Origin: Acidimicrobiales bacterium
GTDB taxonomy: Bacteria; Actinomycetota; Acidimicrobiia; Acidimicrobiales; SZUA-35
Reading direction: 5' to 3'
Length of the DNA: 64,000 nt
NCBI GenBank assembly: GCA_965216685.1
Contig: OZ244195.1
Span: forward strand, 3,977,423 to 4,041,422
Position numbers and translations under genes: made by a program. Positions 47,683 to 57,637 of the stretch are shown here, one piece after another; the stretch's first letter is position 1, and every line of letters begins with the position of its first letter. The notes below the pieces were generated by a model. The model saw only the letters and a list, made by a program, of their open reading frames with translations, was not told the origin of the DNA and did not search any database.

Positions 47683-48132
47683 CTACCGGTCGACGTCGTC
47701 CAGCGCCCCCTCCGCTCGGGCCTGAGTGCTCCACGCCGAGCCGGGGTCGACCAGGTGGGCGAAGGAGCGGACCAGTTCTCCGTCGGTCTCCAACCAGTCG
47801 ACCAGTTCGCCTCCCAACTCACCGATGGTGGCCCGGGCGAATCGAAAGTCGTTCAGGTCGCGTTCGTACACCGACCAGCCATCGACGCTGCGAACCGAGA
47901 TCAGGAGCACCGGAACCGGGGCATACCCTCGCACCAACCTCGACGACAGCCATCCGAGCATGACCCCGAGATTGTCGACGATGCCGGTGAACAGCTGTAG
48001 CTCGACACAGCGTCGATCCGGAGCGAGGATCACCACGGCGTGGGCGTAAGCGAACTCGTCGCTGAGTTCCAGGGCCAGGCCGAGGGCGTCGCGGAAGGAG
48101 GTGATGGATTGAGGTACGGGAACGATGGACAT
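47683..48132 (-). CDS. Hypothetical protein, possibly a degenerate RadC/JAB fold
   Basis: ERDLNDF....IGELGGELVDWLETDG..VRSF resembles the RadC C-terminus; no HxH motif. Confidence 0.45.
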   Translation of the reverse strand: MSIVPVPQSITSFRDALGLALELSDEFAYAHAVVILAPDRRCVELQLFTGIVDNLGVMLGWLSSRLVRGYAPVPVLLISVRSVDGWSVYERDLNDFRFARATIGELGGELVDWLETDGELVRSFAHLVDPGSAWSTQARAEGALDDVDR

Positions 48133-48308
48133 CGCTGAACTCCGGGCAGATTGGGGTTTGACGATGACCACGGCCATGAGGGCGGCCGAGCCAGGTCAGC
48201 CTCGGCGGAGCCTTACCAACAACCTACTCACAAGGTGTGACACGCAGGATCTGCTGTCGAACTTTCGCCAGTCCTCGGCGGCCGGCCCGGGCGTCGGCCG
48301 GATGTCGG

Positions 48309-48806
48309 CTACAGGTCGAAGCCGGTGCGCTGGCACACCGCTCGAAGGGCGAAACTGGATCTGATCCGGTTGACGCCCGGCAGCTGGGCCAGGTAGGTGC
48401 GGTGGACCCGCTCGAAGTCTTCGACGTCGTCGCACGCCACCTGGACCAGGTAGTCGGCGTTACCCGCCATCAAATGACAGCTCATGACCTCGGGGCATTC
48501 AACAATGGCGGCCTCGAAGGCATCGAGAACCTGCTCCGACTGGCCGGCCAGGGAGATCTCCACGAACACCGTGGTGGCCTTGCCCACCGCCCGCCGACTG
48601 ATCAGGGTGACATAGCCCTCGATCACCCCCTGCTCCTCCAGCGCCCGCACCCGGCGCAGTGTGGCCGACGGTGAGAGCCCGACGGCGTCGGCCATGTCGG
48701 CGTTGGTCTGGCGTCCGTTGCGTTGGAGCTGGTTCAGGATGAGACGATCGATGGCATCAAGATTGCTTGTTCCGGCCAAGGATTTGCCACTAACTGATTT
48801 CATCAT
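48309..48806 (-). CDS. Lrp/AsnC transcriptional regulator (AldR-like)
   Basis: LDAIDRLIL..LQ.NGR, VGLSPSATLRRVRALE..GVI.GY, CHLMAG.ADY; divergent from ald. Confidence 0.92.
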   Translation of the reverse strand: MMKSVSGKSLAGTSNLDAIDRLILNQLQRNGRQTNADMADAVGLSPSATLRRVRALEEQGVIEGYVTLISRRAVGKATTVFVEISLAGQSEQVLDAFEAAIVECPEVMSCHLMAGNADYLVQVACDDVEDFERVHRTYLAQLPGVNRIRSSFALRAVCQRTGFDL

Positions 48807-48977
48807 CCACCACAGGTACGACAGACTCTTGCGTGAAATTGAGAATAGACGGAAGCAACGGCTACATGTCCATCCCACAGTCATTGATTTTGCAATCGAC
48901 AGTCGAGCCGGCTCGATTACAGTCGAGTCCACCGAGGTTGCGCCGGTTGGCGCCGACAATGAGGAAGGGGAGCAACG

Positions 48978-50099
48978 ATGCTCGTAGGGGTTCCAAAAGA
49001 GGTGAAAGACGCCGAACAACGAGTCGGCCTGACACCGGTCAGCGTGGCCGAATTGACCAGCCGAGGTCACGACGTGGTGGTGGAAACCAACGGCGGGATC
49101 GGCATCGGCGCCACCGACGACGACTACACCGCGGCCGGGGCCCGAATTGCGTCCACCGCGGCCGAGGTCTTCGCCCAGGCCGACATGATCGTCAAGGTCA
49201 AGGAACCCCAGGCTCCCGAACGGGCCATGCTGCGACCCGATCAGATCCTGTTCACCTATCTCCATCTCGCCCCGGACCCCGAACAGACCAAGGATCTGCT
49301 GGCCAGCGGAGCCACCTGCATCGCCTACGAGACCGTGACCGACCGCGACGGCGACCTGCCGTTGCTGGCGCCGATGTCGAAGGTGGCGGGCCGAATGTCG
49401 ATCCAGGCCGGAGCCCACAGCCTCGAAGGGCCCCAGGGTGGCGCCGGACTGCTGCTGGGCGGCGTGCCCGGCGTGCCGCCGGCCAAGGTCGTGGTGATCG
49501 GCGGAGGCGTCGTCGGTTCCAACGCCATCGAGATGGCGGTGGGAATGGGGGCCGATATCACCGTGCTGGACCGCCAGGTCGATGTGCTCGACGAACTGGC
49601 CGCCCGCTTCGGGCCGGCCCTTCGCACCGTCTACTCGACCGGCTCGGCGCTGGGCGAACTCGTGCTCGACGCCGATCTGGTCATCGGCGCCGTATTGGTC
49701 AAGGGGGCTCGGGCCCCCCGCCTGGTGACAGCCGAGATGGTCAAGGCCATGCGGCCGGGGTCGGTGCTGGTCGACGTGGCCATCGATCAGGGCGGGTGCA
49801 TGGAAACGTCCCGTCCCACCACCCACAGCGAGCCCACCTATGTCGTCGACGATGTCGTGCATTACTGCGTGGCCAACATGCCCGGTGCCGTGCCCAAGAC
49901 GTCGACCTACGCCCTCAACAACTCCACTCTGCCCTTCACCCTGGCCCTGGCCGACAAGGGAGCCAAGCAGGCCCTGGCCGATGATGTCCACCTCCGCAAC
50001 GGGCTGAACGTGGCCAAGGGGCAGATCACGGAACTGGCGGTGGCCGAGTCGCTCGGTCTCGACTATGTCGACGCCGGCGTGCTGCTGGAGAGCTTCTAG
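48978..50099 (+). CDS. ald: Alanine dehydrogenase
   Basis: GVPKEVK..E.RV, VKVKEP, FTYLHLA, IAYETV, PMSKVAGRMS, GGGVVG, DVAIDQGG, HYCVANMPGAVP. Confidence 0.97.
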   Translation: MLVGVPKEVKDAEQRVGLTPVSVAELTSRGHDVVVETNGGIGIGATDDDYTAAGARIASTAAEVFAQADMIVKVKEPQAPERAMLRPDQILFTYLHLAPDPEQTKDLLASGATCIAYETVTDRDGDLPLLAPMSKVAGRMSIQAGAHSLEGPQGGAGLLLGGVPGVPPAKVVVIGGGVVGSNAIEMAVGMGADITVLDRQVDVLDELAARFGPALRTVYSTGSALGELVLDADLVIGAVLVKGARAPRLVTAEMVKAMRPGSVLVDVAIDQGGCMETSRPTTHSEPTYVVDDVVHYCVANMPGAVPKTSTYALNNSTLPFTLALADKGAKQALADDVHLRNGLNVAKGQITELAVAESLGLDYVDAGVLLESF

Positions 50100-50237
50100 C
50101 CACTCGGCGCTCTCAGCCGGCAACTCTGATAGGAGATACTGCCCAGTTCCTGGGCGAATCTTGTCGTTGGTCGTGGCTGGTCCCGGTGGTCAGCGGCTAC
50201 TCTCCTAGCAGCAGCGACCTGCTGCTACCAACCTCAG

Positions 50238-51926
50238 ATGTCACGCAGGGATCAAAAGCGAGCCGACGGCGGTCTGGTCCAGGGGGAGCTTGAAACCAAG
50301 CTGGTCTCCGGCCCGGTGGAATATGCCCTTCTGTCCCCCGGTGGAGTTCATGGTGGCGATCGACCGCTGCTGATCTGGCTCCACGGCGGGGGCGGGTCCT
50401 GGCGCTTCCTCGAAAGCTGTCGTTCCCAGTTCATGTCATGCTGGGCCGATCAGTCGTTGCCGTCCATGGTGGTGGCCACGCCCAGCGCCGGGTGGTCGTT
50501 CTACCTCGACCGTCACGACGGCTCGGAACTGTGGGAGAGCTTCCTGCTCGACGAGTTCATCCCCCACATCCGGGCCGAAACCGGCTGTGAGGAGGGCCCC
50601 GTGCTCATCGGCGGCATTTCGGTGGGGGCCCTGGGGGCGCTGCGCATGGCCTTCAAACATCCCGACCAATTCGAGGCCGTGGTGGCCGTCGAGCCAACAG
50701 TTGAGGCCGCTCTCAGCTGGGACCGGGTTCCCAGCCGCGACCGGGTCTACATGCCGGTCCGGCTCCGAGACCGGTTGTTCGGCAGCCCGCTCGACCACCA
50801 GTTCTGGAAGGCCAATCACCCAACGGCTCTGGCGGTGGCCAACAGCGCGGCCATCGCCGCCAGCGGATTGTCGATCTACATCGAGGCCGGTGACGAGGAT
50901 CGCATGCACGTCCACTACGGTTGCGAACTTCTGCATCGCTGCCTGTTCGACGTCGGGCTGCAGCACGAGTATCGCCTCACCCGGGAGGGCAACCACGTCG
51001 GCCCGTCGGTCGGTCCCCGGGTGACCGAGGCGCTGCGATTCATCGGCCGTCGGCTGTGGAAGACCTACGACCAGGACAACACGATCGATTCGCTCATCGA
51101 GATGGAGACATTCGACGCCCAGGTGGCCCAGCTGGAGCAGGCCTCGGGCTACCGGCGGACCGAAACCATCAGCGGGCCATCGTGCGAGCTCACGGTCGAG
51201 GTGCAGGGCGATGGACCTCCGGTGGTTGTGCTGCCCTCATTGGGGCGGACCGCCGGTGACTTCGCCCACCTGTCGGATCGTCTGGCCGCCGCCGGCTATC
51301 GAGTCCTTGGGCTGCAACCCCGAGGACTACGGGGGTCGTCATCCTCGGTGGCCAACATCACCCTGGTCGATCTGGCCCACGACGTGGCCACGATCATCAA
51401 GGCCAATGGCGGCGGTCCGGCCGCCATCATCGGACACGACTTCGGAGGCCAGGTGGCCCGGGCCACTGCCACCAAATTTCCCCGTTGGGTCCGTCATCTG
51501 GTGCTCCTGGCCACTCCCGGACCCGAACTGCCGCGGCCGGAGCCGGCCACCGCTCACCGTCGGGTGTTCATCACATCTCTGACGCTGGAGGAGCACCTGG
51601 AATCGGTGGCTGTGGCCTTCTTCGCCGACGGCAACGACCCGGTGGCCTGGGTCGACGGCTGGTATCCGCTGGTGGCCAACGCCCAGCTGGAGGCCCTGCA
51701 GCGGACCCCGACCAACGAGTGGTCAACCGGTGGGACGGCTGATGCCCTGATCATCCGACCCGAGCACGACCGCATGGTGTCGGCCGAGAGTACCCGTCTC
51801 CTGGCCAACGAGCTTGGGGGCAAGGTGTCGTTGCTCGAGATACCGGGTGCCGGCCACGCCCTGTTGCCGGAGCAGCCCGAGGCGGTGTCCGTTGCCGTCC
51901 TGACCTGGCTCCGTCGCCACGGCTGA
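50238..51926 (+). CDS. Tandem alpha/beta hydrolase (esterase domain plus Asp-nucleophile domain)
   Basis: WLHGGGG, GISVG, GDED, GNH; then GHDFGG, EHD, GAGH. Confidence 0.8.
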   Translation: MSRRDQKRADGGLVQGELETKLVSGPVEYALLSPGGVHGGDRPLLIWLHGGGGSWRFLESCRSQFMSCWADQSLPSMVVATPSAGWSFYLDRHDGSELWESFLLDEFIPHIRAETGCEEGPVLIGGISVGALGALRMAFKHPDQFEAVVAVEPTVEAALSWDRVPSRDRVYMPVRLRDRLFGSPLDHQFWKANHPTALAVANSAAIAASGLSIYIEAGDEDRMHVHYGCELLHRCLFDVGLQHEYRLTREGNHVGPSVGPRVTEALRFIGRRLWKTYDQDNTIDSLIEMETFDAQVAQLEQASGYRRTETISGPSCELTVEVQGDGPPVVVLPSLGRTAGDFAHLSDRLAAAGYRVLGLQPRGLRGSSSSVANITLVDLAHDVATIIKANGGGPAAIIGHDFGGQVARATATKFPRWVRHLVLLATPGPELPRPEPATAHRRVFITSLTLEEHLESVAVAFFADGNDPVAWVDGWYPLVANAQLEALQRTPTNEWSTGGTADALIIRPEHDRMVSAESTRLLANELGGKVSLLEIPGAGHALLPEQPEAVSVAVLTWLRRHG

Positions 51927-52128
51927 TTCCTGGCCCAACCTCGGCCGTTGGTGGGGAGACCGGGATGCCCAGAGCATCATGAGCCACATTGATCATCACG
52001 GGACCCGATGGTTTTGGTCCGAGGGTAAACCAGGCACAATGGGCTCGCGTCCAGGGCGGCCTCGACGGAGTTCATGAGGGACTGGTGGGGAAAGTCGAGA
52101 GGAACATGGTGTATTCGGGGCAGAGCCG

Positions 52129-52638
52129 ATGCTGAACAAGGTCATACCGCTTGTCCTGCTGGTGGTGTTGACGGTGGTGGCCGCCACCCAGATCCTGCAA
52201 CCGGGAGGGTCGGTCCGGGCCGAGGAGTTCCCCTCGTCCACGGTGGCCGATGAGATCGTCACCATTCCACCCACCAGCGGCGTCGAGCTGCCCGACGTGA
52301 CTCAGATCGACTTCGGTACCCCCAGCACCGCCGCCCGCACCACGTCAATACCGTCGGAGTCTTCCACCTCGCAATCGGCGACCAGCTCGACATCGTCCAG
52401 TTCGACCTCGTCGAGTTCGACCTCCAGCTCGGTGGTGGTGACCGAGCCGACCGTCATCACCCTTCCGACCATCCCGCTACCCACGATCACCATCATCACC
52501 CGCCCCACCCTGGAGACGACCGAAACCACCGAGACGCCGACCACCCCGTCGACCGGCACCACCCAACGCTCCACCACCGAGCCCGAGAATCCACCGCCGC
52601 CCGACGACGATGATGACGTCGCGGGCAACGGCGACTGA
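52129..52638 (+). CDS. Secreted/anchored Ser/Thr/Pro-rich low-complexity protein
   Basis: Hydrophobic N-terminus, poly-S/T tracts, acidic C-terminus. Confidence 0.6.
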   Translation: MLNKVIPLVLLVVLTVVAATQILQPGGSVRAEEFPSSTVADEIVTIPPTSGVELPDVTQIDFGTPSTAARTTSIPSESSTSQSATSSTSSSSTSSSSTSSSVVVTEPTVITLPTIPLPTITIITRPTLETTETTETPTTPSTGTTQRSTTEPENPPPPDDDDDVAGNGD

Positions 52639-52717
52639 GCGCAACTCCAACATCGGTTGGCCTTCTGCAGTGCGGCGACGCCGCTGAGCGACGTCGGGAC
52701 GCCGCACAATGGTGGAC

Positions 52718-54256
52718 CTACCCTCCGGCGGCTGTGATCTCTTCTTTCCGCCGGGCCATGAAGTCTTTGAGTTCGGCGTCGATGGCGTCGTCGATGGCCG
52801 GGGCCTCGTAGTCGTTCAACATCTGTTTCCAGATGGTGTTGGCCCGCTGAGCGGCATCCAGCGACCCTTCCTCCGACCACTGCTCGAAACTCGAGTTGTC
52901 GGCCGTGGTCGACCGGTAGAAGGCGGTCTCAAAGTTGGCCAGGGTGTGAGCCGTACCGAGAAAATGCTGGCCGGGAGCGTTGCCCAGGATGGCATCGACG
53001 GCCTGGCCGTTCTCGCTCAGGTCGACCCCCCGGGAGAACACCTCCATCATGCCCAACTGATCGGCGTCGAGAATGAACTTCTCGTAGCCCACGGTCAACC
53101 CGCCCTCCAGCCAGCCGGCCGAATGCAGGGCGAAGTTGACCCCTCCCATGATCGTCGGAATGATGGTGGCCTGACTCTCGTAGGCGGCCTGAGCGTCGGG
53201 GAGTTTGGAGGCACAAAGGGCCCCGCCGGACCGGAAGGGCACGCCCAGGCGGCGGGCCAGCGCGGCCACCACATAGAGAACCAGCGCCGGCTCAGGGGTG
53301 CCAAATGTTGGCGCTCCGGTCTGCATCGACATCGAACTGGCGAACGACCCCATGACCACCGGCGCCCCCGGCCGGACCAGCTGCACGAAGGTCATACCGG
53401 CCAGCGCCTCGGCCAGGGTCTGGGCCGCCACGCCGGCCGCGGTCACGGGCGACATGGCGCCGGCCAGGATGAAGGGAGTGATGATGCAGGCCTGATTGGC
53501 TCTGGCGTAGGCCTCGGCCGCCGCCAGCATGGTGGCGTCCCACACGAGGGGGGATGAGGCGTTGATCAGACTGGTCATCACCGTCCGATCGGCCAGATCC
53601 CCGCCGAAGGCGATCCGGGCCAGGTCCACCGAATCGTCGGCTCGCTCCCCGGCCGTCACCGAGCCCATGAACGGCTTGTCGCTGTAGCGGATGTGGGCGT
53701 AGACCATGTCGAGGTGGCGAACCGGGACCGGAGTGTCGACCGGCTCGCACACCGTGCCTCCGGAGTGGTGGAGGGCCGGGGTCAGGTAGGCCAGCTTGAC
53801 CAGGTTCTCGAAGTCATCGAGTGTGGCGTATCGTCGACCGTTGTCGAGATCAAAGGCGAATGGTGACCCGTAGTTGGGAGCGAACACGGTGGCGTCGCCG
53901 CCGATCTGCACCGACCGCTCCGGGTTGCGAGCGTGCTGAATGTAGCTCAACGGTGCGTTCTCCGACACGATCTTTCGGCACATTCCTCGGGGGAACCGAA
54001 CCCGGTGGCCGTCGACCTCGGCTCCGGCGTCGGCCAGCAGGGTCAGGGCGTTCGGATAGTCGACGAAGTCGATGCCCACCTGCTCGAGGATGGTGTCGGC
54101 GTTGTGCTCGATGATGGTCAGGCCCTCTTCACTCACCACCTCGAAAGGCTTCAGTGTTCGGGTGATGTAGGGCTGATGAGTCGGCGCATTGGCCTGGCGG
54201 GCCGCTTGGCGGCCGGCTCGGCCGCCGCTGCGTCGGCCTCTTGGTTGATCACTCAT
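52718..54256 (-). CDS. Trimethylamine methyltransferase (MttB) family, non-pyrrolysine; paralog 2
   Basis: HSGGTVCEPVD, DKPFMGS, INASSPL, TPFILAGAMSPVT, GAPTFGTPE, SKLPDAQAAYE, HSAGWLEGGL. Confidence 0.92.
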   Translation of the reverse strand: MSDQPRGRRSGGRAGRQAARQANAPTHQPYITRTLKPFEVVSEEGLTIIEHNADTILEQVGIDFVDYPNALTLLADAGAEVDGHRVRFPRGMCRKIVSENAPLSYIQHARNPERSVQIGGDATVFAPNYGSPFAFDLDNGRRYATLDDFENLVKLAYLTPALHHSGGTVCEPVDTPVPVRHLDMVYAHIRYSDKPFMGSVTAGERADDSVDLARIAFGGDLADRTVMTSLINASSPLVWDATMLAAAEAYARANQACIITPFILAGAMSPVTAAGVAAQTLAEALAGMTFVQLVRPGAPVVMGSFASSMSMQTGAPTFGTPEPALVLYVVAALARRLGVPFRSGGALCASKLPDAQAAYESQATIIPTIMGGVNFALHSAGWLEGGLTVGYEKFILDADQLGMMEVFSRGVDLSENGQAVDAILGNAPGQHFLGTAHTLANFETAFYRSTTADNSSFEQWSEEGSLDAAQRANTIWKQMLNDYEAPAIDDAIDAELKDFMARRKEEITAAGG

Positions 54257-54286
54257 CACACTCGCTCCTTTGAGATGTTGGATGCA

Positions 54287-56368
54287 TCATGCCCTCGTTT
54301 CCCGGCGGCGTCGCCGCCGTCGGCCCGATTCCCCCGGCGTGGTGGTCGAGTTGGGTAGGTCGACCACCGAGGCCAGGTGGGGGGTGGCGGCATTGAGGTG
54401 GGGGAAGGCCAGGGCGGCCACGAACAGCTCCTGGAATCGCGGCTCGGTGGCTGTCTCGATCTTGGTGACCGCGGCCACCACCTGCTCCATGTCGGCCCGC
54501 TCCGAGGCCGAGAGCAGCGCTCGGATTGCGCCCGAGCCGGCGGCGTTGCCAACGGCCCGCACCGCCTCGGGGCGACAGTCGGGAATCAGGCCGAGGACCA
54601 TGGCGCAGATCGGGTCGATGTGAGCGCCGAAGGCGCCGGCCAGACGGATCTCGTCAACCGAGTCGAGCCCGGCGTGCTCCATCAGCAAGTCGATCCCGGC
54701 CCTCAGGGCCGCCTTGGCCAGCTGAATGGCCCGCACATCGTTCTGGGTCACGAAGATGGCGTCGTGCAACCGATACTTGAACGTCCTGCCGTCGGCCACG
54801 ATCCGGACGTCGCCGTCGCCATCGCCACCGGCGGGGCGGATGACGCCTTGGGAGTCGATCACCCCCGACAGGAACATTTCGCTGATCACTTCGATGATGC
54901 CCGAACCACAGATGCCGGTGACCGGCAGGCCGGCCTCAGCGAACTCCTCGGTGTCGGACCAGTGGTCGCTGCCGATGACCCGGAATCGGGGTTGCAGGGT
55001 GGCCCGGTCGATACGGACCCGTTCGATGGCTCCGGCGGTGGCCCGCTGGCCCGACGAGATCTGGGCACCCTCGAAAGCGGGCCCGGTGGGGCTGGAGGCG
55101 GCCAGTAGTCCGGTCCGGTTGCCGAGCACGATCTCGGCGTTGGTGCCCACATCGACCAGCAGTTGCACGGCGTCGGACTGGTGGGGCTTCTCCGAGGCAA
55201 TGGCGGCCGCCGTGTCGGCCCCGACGTGGCCGGCGATGCAGGGCCCGAAGTAGACGGTCGCCCCGGGTGGCAGGTCGAGCGCTGCGGCGTCGACGGTGAC
55301 TGCTTGATTGGTGGCCAGGGGAAAGGGGGCCTGGCCCAGGGGAGTGGGGTCGATCCCCAGCGCCAGGTGTTGCATGATCGGGTTGCCCACCAGGACGACG
55401 TCTGTCAGGCGCGACCAGTCGAGTTCGGCCTCGTCCAGCAGCTGGGTCAACAGTTCGGACAGCGCACTGTGGATCGAGTCGCTGAGTTCGGTGGCTCCCC
55501 CCGGGTTCATCATCACGTAGGAGACTCGGCTCATCAAATCCTCGCCGAAGCGGATCTGGGGGTTCATGCGGCCCGCACTGGCCAGGAACTCGCCGGTGGT
55601 GAGGTCACACAGGTGTCCGGCCACGGTGGTCGATCCGATGTCGACCGCCGCGCCCACAACCCGATCGACGAAACCGGGCCACACCCTGATCACCATCGAC
55701 GATGTCTCGGCCCCACCGTCGCCGCTCGAGCCGAGGCGGCGAACAGCGACCGTCAGGCCGCGGTCGGGGTCGGCGGTGGCGTCGTGCAGATCGGCCAACA
55801 CGTCGAAGGCAAAGCCGGCCTTGTCGACGTTCCATTCGGCCTTGAGGCGGTCGGCCACCAACTCGGTCAGGCTGCGGCCCTCGGGGTTGTCGTCGACCTT
55901 GATGAAGTGCAGGCTCACCGTCGGGTCGACCACCAGACCATCGACGTCGGCCGCCTTGCGCACCACCTGCTTGTGGATCTGGCTCCGGGCCGGGACGTCG
56001 ATTACCAGATCACCCTGGATCCGGGTTCCGCAGCCCAGCCGGAAGCCGTCGATGAGGGGCCGGGCGCCCCGGTAGTCGAGCTCCAACGACTCGGGAGCCG
56101 ACACGTGATCGGATCCAACCGACAAGGCCCACTTGGGAAACTCACCGACCGAGATCGAGACCTGGCAACGTCCACAGATGCCGCGGCCTCCGCACACCGA
56201 GTCGAGGTCGACCCCCAGCTGACGGGCGGCGTCGAGCACGGTCTGGCCCTGCGGCACCGTGCCGTTCAAGCCGGACGGGGTGAACACGATGCGCCGTTCG
56301 GTGGTCACGGCCTCTTTCGGCAAAGCTGGGTCGCCCGGTTCCGGGGAGTGTTCGGCCCGGCCGGCCAT
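54287..56368 (-). CDS. ASKHA ATP-dependent corrinoid reductive activator (RACo/RamA, DUF4445) with 2Fe-2S domain
   Basis: CGGRGICGRC, DIGSTT, NPQIRFGEDLMSR, GHVGAD, DVGTNAE, GPAFEG, GICGSG, Q.DVRAIQLAKAA, AGAFG. Confidence 0.93.
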   Translation of the reverse strand: MAGRAEHSPEPGDPALPKEAVTTERRIVFTPSGLNGTVPQGQTVLDAARQLGVDLDSVCGGRGICGRCQVSISVGEFPKWALSVGSDHVSAPESLELDYRGARPLIDGFRLGCGTRIQGDLVIDVPARSQIHKQVVRKAADVDGLVVDPTVSLHFIKVDDNPEGRSLTELVADRLKAEWNVDKAGFAFDVLADLHDATADPDRGLTVAVRRLGSSGDGGAETSSMVIRVWPGFVDRVVGAAVDIGSTTVAGHLCDLTTGEFLASAGRMNPQIRFGEDLMSRVSYVMMNPGGATELSDSIHSALSELLTQLLDEAELDWSRLTDVVLVGNPIMQHLALGIDPTPLGQAPFPLATNQAVTVDAAALDLPPGATVYFGPCIAGHVGADTAAAIASEKPHQSDAVQLLVDVGTNAEIVLGNRTGLLAASSPTGPAFEGAQISSGQRATAGAIERVRIDRATLQPRFRVIGSDHWSDTEEFAEAGLPVTGICGSGIIEVISEMFLSGVIDSQGVIRPAGGDGDGDVRIVADGRTFKYRLHDAIFVTQNDVRAIQLAKAALRAGIDLLMEHAGLDSVDEIRLAGAFGAHIDPICAMVLGLIPDCRPEAVRAVGNAAGSGAIRALLSASERADMEQVVAAVTKIETATEPRFQELFVAALAFPHLNAATPHLASVVDLPNSTTTPGESGRRRRRRRETRA

Positions 56369-56370
56369 GG

Positions 56371-57282
56371 CTACTGTGCCGGGCGCCGCCGCCGACCGTT
56401 GCGCCGCCGGCCCGCTCCCCGCTCGGCCTGTCCCTCTACCGGCTCACGGTAGTTGGCGATCCAGGTGGCGCAGTTGGCGTCCTGGTTGTTGAGCACGTCG
56501 GCCGCCAGCACACCGGCTTTGACTTCTGTGTGCATTGGGTTCATGATGGCCGACGTCATCCCGTGGGAGATGGCCATCGAGAGGAAGCTACCGGTCACGG
56601 CGTGACGGTTGGGCAGGCCGAAACTCACGTTGCTGGCCCCACAGGTGGTGTTCACTCCCAGTTCGGTTCGCAGCCGGTGGACGAGAGCGAACACCTGACG
56701 GCCCGCGGTTCCCATCGCTCCGATGGGCATGACCAGTGGGTCGACGACCACGTCGGCCGGCGGGATGCCATGGTCTGAGGCCCGGTTGACGATCTTGCGG
56801 GCCACTTCGAAGCGCACGTCGGGGTCCTCGGAGATTCCGGTGTCGTCATTGGAGATGGCGACGACCGCGGCCCCGTACTTGGCCACGAACGGTAGGACCC
56901 GCTCCAGGCTCTCGTCTTCTCCGGTGACCGAATTGATCAACGGCTTGCCCTGGTACACGGCGATGGCGGCCTCCAGGGCATCGATGATCGACGAGTCGAT
57001 GGAGATGGGCACATCGGTGACCGACTGTACCAGTTCCACCGCCTTGGCCAGCAGAGCCGGCTCGTCGGCCAGAGGGATGCCGGCGTTGACGTCGAGCATG
57101 TGGGCTCCGGCCGCCACCTGGTCGAGAGCATCCTTTTCCACCCGGCTGAAGTCTCCGTTGCGCATTTCCTCGGCCAGGATCTTACGACCGGTTGGATTGA
57201 TCTTTTCGCCGATCATCACAAACGGTCGACCGAAGCCGATCACGACCTCTTTGGTGGCTGAGCTGAGAATGGTGTCGGTCAT
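56371..57282 (-). CDS. Pterin-binding methyl-THF:corrinoid methyltransferase (stand-alone MetH folate domain)
   Basis: IGEKINPTG, LDVNAG, ISIDSS, INSVTGE, VDPLVMP, GASNVSFGLP.R. Confidence 0.92.
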   Translation of the reverse strand: MTDTILSSATKEVVIGFGRPFVMIGEKINPTGRKILAEEMRNGDFSRVEKDALDQVAAGAHMLDVNAGIPLADEPALLAKAVELVQSVTDVPISIDSSIIDALEAAIAVYQGKPLINSVTGEDESLERVLPFVAKYGAAVVAISNDDTGISEDPDVRFEVARKIVNRASDHGIPPADVVVDPLVMPIGAMGTAGRQVFALVHRLRTELGVNTTCGASNVSFGLPNRHAVTGSFLSMAISHGMTSAIMNPMHTEVKAGVLAADVLNNQDANCATWIANYREPVEGQAERGAGRRRNGRRRRPAQ

Positions 57283-57286
57283 GTAT

Positions 57287-57637
57287 TCACCCTGACTGGA
57301 GATTACTTTCGGTTTGGCTGTCGAGCCCACCGGCGGCCACCAGGGCCTCCAGGCGCTCGCGGTTGTAGTCGGCGTTGATCTCGGCCGCGGTGTCGGCGGC
57401 GATGCGGCCGCCGTCGGCTGTGGCGTCGAGCGGTTGGGATTGGCGGCGCCACTGGGCGACGTAGGCCGCCGTCTCGGTCAGGTCGGCCACTGTGGCCGCC
57501 CGATCAATGGCCACTTGGAACCTGGGCTCCAGCAGTTGCTTGTGACTCCTGCCGCCAGTGGTGGCGGTGACCTGGGCCGGAATGTCCCGCCAGTAGATCA
57601 CCGTCAACTCGTTGGCCTTGGCCCGTCGTCGGCTCAT
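57287..57637 (-). CDS. 'Virulence factor' (PF13769-like) small protein of corrinoid methyltransferase clusters
   Basis: IYWRDIPAQV, RFQ.AIDRAA, Y...WR. Confidence 0.8.
   Translation of the reverse strand: MSRRRAKANELTVIYWRDIPAQVTATTGGRSHKQLLEPRFQVAIDRAATVADLTETAAYVAQWRRQSQPLDATADGGRIAADTAAEINADYNRERLEALVAAGGLDSQTESNLQSG

Noticed and set aside
48807-48977. Specific AldR binding boxes
   Set aside because: AT-rich imperfect palindromes such as GATTTTGCAATC are present but too degenerate to assign by eye
48807-50123. 604-aa minus-strand ORF appearing as a long N-terminal extension of the Lrp regulator
   Set aside because: Antisense shadow of ald; only the last ~165 aa are Lrp-like
56371-57282. 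Dihydropteroate synthase (folP)
   Set aside because: Same fold, but motifs (GEKINPTG, SNVSFGLP) and context match methyl-THF:corrinoid methyltransferases
57287-57637. Virulence gene
   Set aside because: The family name is historical; context is corrinoid and folate metabolism
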